Shown here: positions 10,272-17,916 of the stretch, piece after piece
How positions within the stretch are numbered: position 1 is the stretch's first letter
Layout of the letters: every line of letters begins with the position of its first letter
Assembly: GCA_029862165.1 (NCBI GenBank)
Contig: JAOTXU010000004.1
Span: 43,288-107,287 of the forward strand
From: Gammaproteobacteria bacterium
GTDB taxonomy: Bacteria > Pseudomonadota > Gammaproteobacteria > Steroidobacterales > JABDKV01
Direction: 5' to 3'
Length of the DNA: 64,000 nucleotides
Notes under the pieces: model-generated
What the model was told of the DNA's origin: nothing
Seen by the model: only the letters and a program-made list of their open reading frames with translations
Databases searched by the model: none
Position numbers and translations under genes: made by a program

Positions 10272-11933
10272 TTAGATCTCGTTGCTTTTCGCGAATCTTG
10301 CGATGTGCTCCGCGGCACGAAATGCCAGAGCCTGTATCGTCATCGTTGGCTGTCCGCGCCCCGACGTCACAAAGCTGCTGCCATCGCATATAAACAAATT
10401 ATCTATGTCATGACTGCGGTGATAACGATCCACCACCGAGTGTTCCGGATCGTCACCCATGCGACAGGTGCCCAACAAGTGCGCACCCATACGCTGTGGC
10501 TCTACTGGGTCACGCCAAATCTTCTTTGCACCGGCCGCTTCGAGTATCTCTACCGCCCGTTCCTGCAGAAAGCCAGCCATCGCGAGATCATCTTCGTGAT
10601 CGGTATAAGTGACACGCAAGGCCGGCAATCCGAATCGATCGTTCAGCGTCGGATCCAGACTGATGTTGTTTGAAGCAACAGGTAATGAAGTCGTACTGCC
10701 GAGCACTGCCATGTTGCGAGTGAAGTACTCAGACAGCAGTTGTTTGTAGTCCGATCCCCAGGTAGGCGCATCAGGTGGCAGACCTGACATACCAAACAGG
10801 ATAGGGAACGAATTCAGGAATGGCCGTGCATCGAGACCGCCCCCGCCATAAAAACCGCGTTTTGCATCGCTGTTGTAAAAATCGAGAGAAATACGCGTGC
10901 ACTGCACGCTCTTGTATTCGTTTAGCTGATGCTCAAACACGGCGTGGGTGACGGAGTGGCAATTGAACATCAGGTATTTACCGACCAGCCCGCTGGAGTT
11001 GGCCAGGCCCTGTGGAAATCGCGACGAGGCTGAAAGAAACAACAAACGCGGTGTTTCGGCACCGTTGGCAGCAAGGATCGTGGCTTTGCATCGCTGTGCC
11101 TGCTCGTTGCCATTCTTATCGTAATAGAGGACTTCCCGGATTCGTCCTTTATTATCAGTGGGTAGATTGAAAACGGTCGATTCGCTGCGTATTTCACATC
11201 TGCCAGTTGCCTCAGCTTCGGGAATCATTGTCGCCAGTGTCGACGACTTTGCGTTCATCTCGCAGCCGAATGCCAGACAAAAGCCACAATGCATACAGGC
11301 CGGCCGGCCATTGTGCGCTTTCGACAGAATTGCCATGGGAGCCGACTGTGGGTGCAGTCCCAAGGCCTTTGCGCCACGTTCAAACAACACACCGGATGAC
11401 TTCACCGGCAGCGGCGGTACCGGATAGGGCCGGGAACGATAGGGATCAAAGTGACCCGGTGCACCGGAAACGCCTATCTCCCAGTCTACCTTCGTGTAAT
11501 AAGGTTCAAGCTCATCGTAATCGATCGGCCAGTCAGCAAGACTCTCGATGTCACCCAACACGGAATGCTCATTAAAGTCGATCGGATGAAAGCGCCAGAA
11601 ATTACCGGAATAATGCACGCTGGAGCCACCGACTGTGCGTGCGTACAGCGCTGGCGGTAAACCGGGTAATATTTCAGCTTTGTCCCCCTGGCTGGCGCGG
11701 AACGACTGCGGATGGTCACCGTCAATACCGCCGAGCATTTCGTTCATGAACAGGACACTGAATTCGTCATGAGTGAAGTCGGCCGCTTTACGATACTGAC
11801 CCTGTTCCAGAACCACGACGTCAAATCCGGCCCGTGACAGTTCTCTGGCAAGCACACCGCCGGCTGCGCCGGACCCGACGACGACAAAGTCGACTTCTTG
11901 CTTGGTAGGAAACGTCGTCGCCTGGCTAGTCAC
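10272..11933 (-). CDS. GMC-family FAD oxidoreductase (catalytic subunit of a periplasmic flavoprotein dehydrogenase)
   Basis: FAD fold 'DFVVVGSGAAGGVLARELSRAGFDVVVLEQG' and GMC C-terminal 'HLLGTCRMGDDPEHSVVD...DNLFICDGSSF'. I infer a GTG start at 11933 overlapping the upstream stop (GTGACTAG). The ATG at 12035 in the track would overlap the upstream gene by about 110 nt. Confidence 0.88.
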   Translation of the reverse strand: MTSQATTFPTKQEVDFVVVGSGAAGGVLARELSRAGFDVVVLEQGQYRKAADFTHDEFSVLFMNEMLGGIDGDHPQSFRASQGDKAEILPGLPPALYARTVGGSSVHYSGNFWRFHPIDFNEHSVLGDIESLADWPIDYDELEPYYTKVDWEIGVSGAPGHFDPYRSRPYPVPPLPVKSSGVLFERGAKALGLHPQSAPMAILSKAHNGRPACMHCGFCLAFGCEMNAKSSTLATMIPEAEATGRCEIRSESTVFNLPTDNKGRIREVLYYDKNGNEQAQRCKATILAANGAETPRLLFLSASSRFPQGLANSSGLVGKYLMFNCHSVTHAVFEHQLNEYKSVQCTRISLDFYNSDAKRGFYGGGGLDARPFLNSFPILFGMSGLPPDAPTWGSDYKQLLSEYFTRNMAVLGSTTSLPVASNNISLDPTLNDRFGLPALRVTYTDHEDDLAMAGFLQERAVEILEAAGAKKIWRDPVEPQRMGAHLLGTCRMGDDPEHSVVDRYHRSHDIDNLFICDGSSFVTSGRGQPTMTIQALAFRAAEHIARFAKSNEI

Positions 11934-12501
11934 CCGATGTCTCCTCGGCGTCGTAATGACCGAAGGGGGGCTGCCACCCGTGACGACTGTCAAAACCCAG
12001 CAAATCCCAACCCACCCGATCTTTGTTTGCACCATGTTGGGGCATGGCGAACATTCCGGCTACAGTCAAGAATCTCACGGTTCCAAACAACGCACTTTGC
12101 TCTTCGTCCCGAAGCACAGCGAGTTGCGCCTCCGTATCGAGCTGCGAAAAACGCTTGCTGCCATAGTGCTGTGTTAATCGGGCATTGAGCTCATTCACAC
12201 CCTTGGCAAGCATGCCGCCGGCACCTTTCATGATCGTATCCAGCGCGCCGTCGATGAAATAGATTACACCGGCTTCGGTGGCGCCCGGCGTATCATCGGT
12301 AGGAATGATTTGCGCGGCGATAGCCGCAATATCGGCAGCCAACTCGGGGGCAAGGTGGGAAAATCCCAAGCCCTTGTCACGGGCTACACAGGCGCTCTGC
12401 GCGACTGCCAGCAATGCCGGCCAATGCGAGGCAAGCCATGTACCGCTAAAAGCGGACCCGGTCAGCTGCAGAAACTGACGTCGGGAAGAATCCTCAGGCA
12501 T
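11926..12501 (-). CDS. Gluconate 2-dehydrogenase subunit-3-like small subunit with twin-arginine signal
   Basis: 'MPEDSSRRQFLQLTGSAFSGTWLA' is a Tat motif. Its size (about 190 aa) and position directly upstream of a GMC flavoprotein match the Tat 'hitch-hiker' small subunits of three-subunit flavoprotein dehydrogenases. Confidence 0.75.
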   Translation of the reverse strand: MPEDSSRRQFLQLTGSAFSGTWLASHWPALLAVAQSACVARDKGLGFSHLAPELAADIAAIAAQIIPTDDTPGATEAGVIYFIDGALDTIMKGAGGMLAKGVNELNARLTQHYGSKRFSQLDTEAQLAVLRDEEQSALFGTVRFLTVAGMFAMPQHGANKDRVGWDLLGFDSRHGWQPPFGHYDAEETSGD

Positions 12502-12524
12502 TTTTTTCAGGCGGGGCGCACCTA

Positions 12525-13859
12525 CTACTCGCCGCCGGCCTGATCTCGCAACATTTCGTCGACTTCCCTCGGTGCCTGTGTGGGCACATCCTGATCCAAT
12601 GTCGCAGCCCGCTCGATCTCGGTATCCACATGGGCTATCCATTGCCGGGCCACCCGAGCACTACGATTGTCGGATAACGCAGCACTGAAAGCGTTGCGTG
12701 CACCGCGTAATTTCTTTTGGTTGAACAGCGCCATGCCAAGCATCACATTGGCCGTGTCCGGGCGCTTGACCCCACCGCGGCGCAGTCCCTCTTCCACGGC
12801 TTCGACAGCCTCAGGCCATTGCTCAAGATTGATGTGAGATTGTGCCAAACGCACAAAGAGTTCCCCATCGCCAGACATTTGCGCGGCACGTGCCAGCGGA
12901 GGAATCGCCTTTTGGTCTTCTCGCGCCTGATACCAGGCCTGTGACAACAAACGCAAGTTACGTCCATTCGTTTCAATGCGACCGTTGCCTATTTCTTTCT
13001 CGAGCACTTGTGCAGCCTTGAAGGGCACTTCGTGCATCAAATAGAGATTGGCCATGTTGACCAAATGATTCGAAGTGTTGAGTTTCCCGGCTTCGTATAA
13101 GGCCTCGGTCAACACCAGCTGTTTCTTGGTGTCGCCCAGTTCACTGTAGGCCGCCGCCAGGGTCAAAAGATAACGATCTTTCGGGTAATAGCGGATCAAC
13201 TCCTTAAGGACCGTCACCATTTGCGGGTAATTCTTTTGTTCAAAGTGAATTACGCGCAACAGCAATAGCCAGTTCTCCTTCGGTTTACGTCCCTGTTCAC
13301 GGTATTTGTTAATTGCTGTTTGAATTGGCTGCAGCGCTCGGTTGTAATCGCCTTTTTGAAAATAGGCCTGACCCAACAACATATAAACATCTGCACTGGG
13401 TTCGGCGAGCGTGTTCATCAACCGTTGTACGGTACTCAGCGCCTGGTCGTAATTCTCTTCCTGGAAGTACAGCTGCGCCATTGTCTTCAGCGTGCTTTGA
13501 ATCAAGGCCTCCGGCAATTCGCCCTGTGACAATACGTTTTCGTAGGCATTAATCGCATCGCGATATCGCTCTTCCTGATAAAAGGAGTACGCATCGAGGT
13601 TCCAAATCTGGGCTATCTCGTAGCTGGACATGCCACGCTTTTCGCGCAGCCGACGTAACTTCTGGTGCACGTCTGCGTAGCGCTTTTCCTCGGCCCATTC
13701 CTGTGCTTCCTGCAGCTCCTCGTAAACCGCCTGACTCATTGCCACGGTTTGCTTTGTCTCACGATTATCTTCGGCCCTGGGGTTCGACCTCTGCGCCGAT
13801 GCCACGTCAGCCAGACATAAGAATGTTACAACCAAAACCGGAAATAGTTTACGCATCAT
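12525..13859 (-). CDS. Secreted TPR-repeat protein (TtpD position of a TonB2-type system)
   Basis: Signal peptide 'MMRKLFPVLVVTFLCLADVASA' followed by many TPR-like repeats. It lies immediately after tonB. A TTG at 13865 is an alternative start. It ends in a double stop, TAGTAG. Confidence 0.7.
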   Translation of the reverse strand: MMRKLFPVLVVTFLCLADVASAQRSNPRAEDNRETKQTVAMSQAVYEELQEAQEWAEEKRYADVHQKLRRLREKRGMSSYEIAQIWNLDAYSFYQEERYRDAINAYENVLSQGELPEALIQSTLKTMAQLYFQEENYDQALSTVQRLMNTLAEPSADVYMLLGQAYFQKGDYNRALQPIQTAINKYREQGRKPKENWLLLLRVIHFEQKNYPQMVTVLKELIRYYPKDRYLLTLAAAYSELGDTKKQLVLTEALYEAGKLNTSNHLVNMANLYLMHEVPFKAAQVLEKEIGNGRIETNGRNLRLLSQAWYQAREDQKAIPPLARAAQMSGDGELFVRLAQSHINLEQWPEAVEAVEEGLRRGGVKRPDTANVMLGMALFNQKKLRGARNAFSAALSDNRSARVARQWIAHVDTEIERAATLDQDVPTQAPREVDEMLRDQAGGE

Positions 13860-13866
13860 CGTCAAC

Positions 13867-14544
13867 TCAATTTTCTATTTGGTAAGTGAATTTGTTCTGT
13901 ACTCCAGGTACTTCGATAGGCTCGCCATCGACTACGCGTGGCTTGTATTTAAACTTCATCGACGCATTAAGTGACGCACGATGAAATAGCGAACTGGTAC
14001 ATTGATCCTCCACAACAAAGGGATCACGCGTCCTGCCTTCCTTGGTCACTGTGTATTGCACGATGCAAAAACCCTCAATTCCCCGCGACAATGCCCTATC
14101 CGGATATATCGGGGAGACCTTAACGATTGGCAGATAATCACCCTCGCCGACACCCAAACTGAAACCAGCACCGGTAAGTTCGATCGAGGTTTCGACTGGA
14201 ACCGCTGAAATCGCGATCTTGTCCGCCGACGCGTTCACGTCATCGAGTTTTGGTGTCGGTGGCGTGTCCGGTGGCGCTTCCGGTGCAGGTGGTTTTTCGG
14301 GTTTGATCTCCCGACGGTTGACGAATTCCGATCGCTTCAGCCGTACAAAATCAACCAGGCGGACGCTCTTGTCCTCGCCCAACTCGTCCTTACCAGTCGA
14401 GATCAAGTAGTGCATCGTCCAGAGCAAGCCTGTGGTAACCACTACGCCAAGCACCAGACCGATGCCTATCCTGGCTGCCATGCCTGCGCCCGAGCCGGCC
14501 AACTCTACCGCTTGGGATTGTACCGAATCGCCCTTTGTTGCCAT
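13867..14544 (-). CDS. tonB: Energy transducer TonB
   Basis: One N-terminal TM helix, a Pro-rich spacer 'KPEKPPAPEAPPDTPPTPK' and the TonB C-terminal domain 'PIYPDRALSRGIEGFCIVQYTVTKEGRTRDPFVV'. Confidence 0.85.
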   Translation of the reverse strand: MATKGDSVQSQAVELAGSGAGMAARIGIGLVLGVVVTTGLLWTMHYLISTGKDELGEDKSVRLVDFVRLKRSEFVNRREIKPEKPPAPEAPPDTPPTPKLDDVNASADKIAISAVPVETSIELTGAGFSLGVGEGDYLPIVKVSPIYPDRALSRGIEGFCIVQYTVTKEGRTRDPFVVEDQCTSSLFHRASLNASMKFKYKPRVVDGEPIEVPGVQNKFTYQIEN

Positions 14545-14558
14545 TGTCCTAACCCTCG

Positions 14559-14960
14559 CTAATCGTTCGCTGCAATCGCTATGTTGTAGACACCAGCGGA
14601 GCGCGATGCGTCCATTACTTTGACCAACATCTCGTTGCGGGAATCCTTGTCTGCCTGTATCACCACGGTGCCTTGTGGGTTTTCAGCATGCAGCCTTTCG
14701 ATATTGGGCCGCACCTGGCGAACATCGACCTTACGGCGATTAATCCACACATCGTCGTTCGCCGTAATAGCAATGAGAATATTCGCCTTCTCTTGTACCT
14801 CTGCTGTTGCCGCGTCGGGTCGATTTACCTCGATACCCGCCTCCTTAATAAAAGTCGCGGTCACGATGAAAAAGATAAGCAGAATAAACACGACGTCCAG
14901 CATGGGCGTGATATCGATCCTGGATTCCTCTTCTTCGACGTTGTCAAACAATTTTCTCAT
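14559..14960 (-). CDS. exbD: ExbD/TolR biopolymer transport protein
   Basis: 'IDITPMLDVVFILLIFFIVT' plus the periplasmic ExbD domain. It follows exbB. Confidence 0.9.
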   Translation of the reverse strand: MRKLFDNVEEEESRIDITPMLDVVFILLIFFIVTATFIKEAGIEVNRPDAATAEVQEKANILIAITANDDVWINRRKVDVRQVRPNIERLHAENPQGTVVIQADKDSRNEMLVKVMDASRSAGVYNIAIAAND

Positions 14961-14987
14961 GATTTGTCTCTCTCAAAAATTCCAGGA

Positions 14988-15524
14988 TCAGTGATCCATA
15001 GTCATATGTTCGCCCAGCAGTTCCCGCTCACGATATGCCTTGCCGTCCAACCAGGCGCTCATCGCCAGGCCGGATAAAGCGGCGACCATCCCCGCCATTG
15101 TGGGTACCGTGGCCATGGACACTCCGGCAGCCATCGAACGCGGATTACCCGAACCCGATATCGCCATGACCTCGAACACACTGATCATCCCGGTAACTGT
15201 TCCGAGCAAGCCCATTAAAGGGCAAAGCGCTACACAAGTCTTGACCAATGCCAGATTCTGGTCCAGCGCCTGTCCGACGACGGAGACCAGTTCCTCACGC
15301 ACGCGGTGCGCATGCCAGGATTTGCGTTCGGGCCTGGATTCCCAAATATGCAGTGCCTTGCGCACCATGGACGGATAACGGGCCTTGAGGAAGAACAGTC
15401 GCTCGAAGATCAAGGCCCACATCACTAACGTAAGAAGTGCAATGAGCACCAGCACTTTGCCGCCGAGCTCCATAAAATCCCGAACACTTTCCAGTGCCGG
15501 CAGATAATAGAACAACGTCTCCAT
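14988..15524 (-). CDS. exbB: ExbB (MotA/TolQ/ExbB proton channel), short form
   Basis: Three TM helices and 'LCPLMGLLGTVTGMISVFEVM', the MotA/ExbB signature. Confidence 0.9.
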   Translation of the reverse strand: METLFYYLPALESVRDFMELGGKVLVLIALLTLVMWALIFERLFFLKARYPSMVRKALHIWESRPERKSWHAHRVREELVSVVGQALDQNLALVKTCVALCPLMGLLGTVTGMISVFEVMAISGSGNPRSMAAGVSMATVPTMAGMVAALSGLAMSAWLDGKAYRERELLGEHMTMDH

Positions 15525-15527
15525 GCG

Positions 15528-16892
15528 CTACTTGCCCTCCGCCTGTCTGGCAATAATGCCGGCGGCCTGCTCTTGCAGTATCTGACCGACGCTCTTTGAA
15601 CGGCTGGACACCAGCGTGTGCAAAAACAATGTCGGTATGGCGACGCACAGGCCCAAAACGGTCGTGACCAGTGCCTGCGAGATACCACCGGCCATCAGTT
15701 TCGGATCGCCCGTACCAAACAGAGTGATCGCCTGGAACGTGTTGATCATACCGGTCACCGTACCCAACAGACCCAGCAGCGGGGCGACGGCAGCAATAAT
15801 TTTCAAGAAGGTCAACATGCTGTTTAACTTGGGCTGTTCTTTTAAGATCGCCTCGCCCATCTTGAGTTCCAACGTTTCCACGTCGGCTGCCTTGTTTTCT
15901 GTGTAAACGGCCAGCACGCGACCCAGCGGATTGTTGCCGGGATTCCCGGGATTCTTCATCTGACTCCTGACTTTGGCACTCGTGCCGGACAAAACGACCA
16001 GACGATAAAGAGCGGCCAGCAGGGCAATAATTCCCAGAACAATAATGATGTAGCCGATCCAGCCACCCTGATCAATACGCTCGCGAAGATTAGGCGTCTC
16101 GGTCAACAGACCAATCAGCTGACCACGTAGCGGGTCGAGGGCAAAAGCATGCATGCCACCGCCGGCTGACTCGAGGTCGCCAATCCGCTTCGTGTAACGC
16201 CCGGCGGGTTGACGGCCCAGCTCAATCAAACGACCGGTTTCGGTAATGTGCTGCAGATAGCTACCGTTTGACACAACATTAAAGAGCCCTATGCGCGTGA
16301 CATCGCGTTGCTCCTCGTCGCCACTGGCGGCAACCACGGTGGTGGGAAAAGTCACCGTCTTGCCTGACTCTGTCATCTCGCGTTGTAACTCAAACCACAA
16401 TCGCTCGATCTCCTCGAGCGACGCCAGGCGATTACCCTGCCCCATCTTCTGTGCGAACTCAGTCAGAAAATCGGAACGGTCCGGATACTGCAGTTGCGTA
16501 AGAGAACCTTCGAACTGACCCCGCGCGTCGCCGGCAGTTTGTTGTAAAACACCAAAAAGCTCTTTGAGAGAACCAAGCCGTTCCTGCAGTTGGATATCCA
16601 GATCGACGATTTCCTTGTCATGCACGTCAAACTCGGCTTCAAGTGTGACGGAGCGGCGCTCACCCTGAGTGCGAAGTCTTTTCGCGTCGGACAGTAACGC
16701 GGCCTGACGTGCACGATTGGCCTGAAATTCCGAGATCCGTTGACGATTAGCCTCGTTGTCGGCTGCACGACCTGTACGCACCTGCTGCAGTAGCTGATCC
16801 AGATTTACTGTCGCCTGGGCGGAAACAAATGCCGGGCTAGCCAGAACTGCAGCGGTGATTCCGCAAATCAAAACCTTGTTAATGAATTTCAT
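15528..16892 (-). CDS. ttpC: Large MotA/TolQ/ExbB-family protein with periplasmic coiled-coil N-domain (TtpC-like)
   Basis: 454 aa. It has a signal peptide, a long coiled-coil/periplasmic region, then 'IAAVAPLLGLLGTVTGMINTFQAI..GTGDPKLMAGGISQALVTT'. This is the architecture of TtpC in Vibrio TonB2 systems. ATGA overlap with the upstream DUF3450 gene. Confidence 0.8.
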   Translation of the reverse strand: MKFINKVLICGITAAVLASPAFVSAQATVNLDQLLQQVRTGRAADNEANRQRISEFQANRARQAALLSDAKRLRTQGERRSVTLEAEFDVHDKEIVDLDIQLQERLGSLKELFGVLQQTAGDARGQFEGSLTQLQYPDRSDFLTEFAQKMGQGNRLASLEEIERLWFELQREMTESGKTVTFPTTVVAASGDEEQRDVTRIGLFNVVSNGSYLQHITETGRLIELGRQPAGRYTKRIGDLESAGGGMHAFALDPLRGQLIGLLTETPNLRERIDQGGWIGYIIIVLGIIALLAALYRLVVLSGTSAKVRSQMKNPGNPGNNPLGRVLAVYTENKAADVETLELKMGEAILKEQPKLNSMLTFLKIIAAVAPLLGLLGTVTGMINTFQAITLFGTGDPKLMAGGISQALVTTVLGLCVAIPTLFLHTLVSSRSKSVGQILQEQAAGIIARQAEGK

Positions 16893-17656
16893 CGGCTTCC
16901 CCCTGCTGCAGGAACCGGCACGATCAGTAGGTCCGGCGCCTTTTGTTTACGGGCAATACGCAAGCCGTTTGCCATTTGTGCCTTGTAAACTGCCGCCGAG
17001 ATCTCCTCGAAGGAACCGGTCTCTTTGTTATAAGCACCGGTAAACTGACCGCCTACCGACTGATACATCAAAGAAATGCGGCCAACGCGCAAGAAGTCGA
17101 CCTCCCGTGGTTTGCCACCCACCTCGACAGTGCCTTTATAGGCCTCGATAGTGCGACCGTACTCATTCTCGATCTGATAGGCCTCCATGACGCGACGCAA
17201 CTGCTCTGCCGCAGTCACATCGGAACGCTCCATCAGAGTGCGTAATTTTTCAATGCGCCCGGAGCGTTCTTCCGTAAGAAAGGGGACATCCAGCCGGATG
17301 AATTCCTCGAGTGAATCGATCATGTTGATCATCAGGGGAACAATCTGCCTTTCAATCAACGAGACCTTGCCGATGGAATCGGAGAGTACAGTTTTCTCAC
17401 GCAGCTGATTGTCAATCTGCCGCTGTAGCAAACCGTTGTATATTTCCAATCCTTCAACGACCTTGAGTTCCGTTCGATATTCGTTCAGCAAATTACCGGC
17501 CTGATCAGCAAGACCCTCAATTCGTTGTTGAGCCTGCGCACCTTCATTAGCGCGCGCTTCGCCCTGTGCCAGGACTTGATTAATCTGTGCGAGTGCGGAC
17601 ATGGGCAACAACAAACCCAGTAAGACGGTCCCCGCCAGATAACGACATCTAGTCAT
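16889..17656 (-). CDS. DUF3450-like periplasmic protein (TtpB position of a TonB2-type system)
   Basis: Signal peptide 'LLLPMSALA'. It has a coiled-coil N-half and 'DVPFLTEERSGRIEKLRTLMERSDVTAAEQLRRVMEAYQIENEYGRTIEAY', a pattern I recall from DUF3450. It is the first gene of the exbB/exbD/tonB string. Confidence 0.65.
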   Translation of the reverse strand: MTRCRYLAGTVLLGLLLPMSALAQINQVLAQGEARANEGAQAQQRIEGLADQAGNLLNEYRTELKVVEGLEIYNGLLQRQIDNQLREKTVLSDSIGKVSLIERQIVPLMINMIDSLEEFIRLDVPFLTEERSGRIEKLRTLMERSDVTAAEQLRRVMEAYQIENEYGRTIEAYKGTVEVGGKPREVDFLRVGRISLMYQSVGGQFTGAYNKETGSFEEISAAVYKAQMANGLRIARKQKAPDLLIVPVPAAGGSR

Positions 17657-17916
17657 ATCCGATTACCTTTGTTTCACAACTATTGTTCAGAACGACGTCG
17701 GCTATTGCCTGCGGTGTTCCCCCAGATTCTGATTTGCTACGCTTTCCAATACCCCCGCACGAAAGCGCCAACTCCCACGGCCGCATCACGGTGTAGGACG
17801 GAAAACTTTAGCGCCATTCCGTCCCCGGGTCGACCGGCGTTTCTCTGGTGCGCCGCAGCACCATCCGGCCGATTAGCCTCAAGAGTGCGACGCGCCGGCC
17901 GATCTTCCCCGTAGAC

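Noticed and set aside
15528-16892. A MotA-like protein with a long coiled-coil region, considered as ZorA of a Zorya-type defence system.
   Set aside because: It is embedded in a canonical DUF3450-TtpC-ExbB-ExbD-TonB-TPR string (TonB2 system). No ZorB/MotB-like peptidoglycan-binding partner or ZorC/D genes are present.
17657-17760. A Fur box upstream of the TonB2 operon ('GAACAATAGTTGTGAAAC').
   Set aside because: It matches the 19-bp Fur consensus (GATAATGATAATCATTATC) only weakly. That is not enough to call a site without a scoring matrix.
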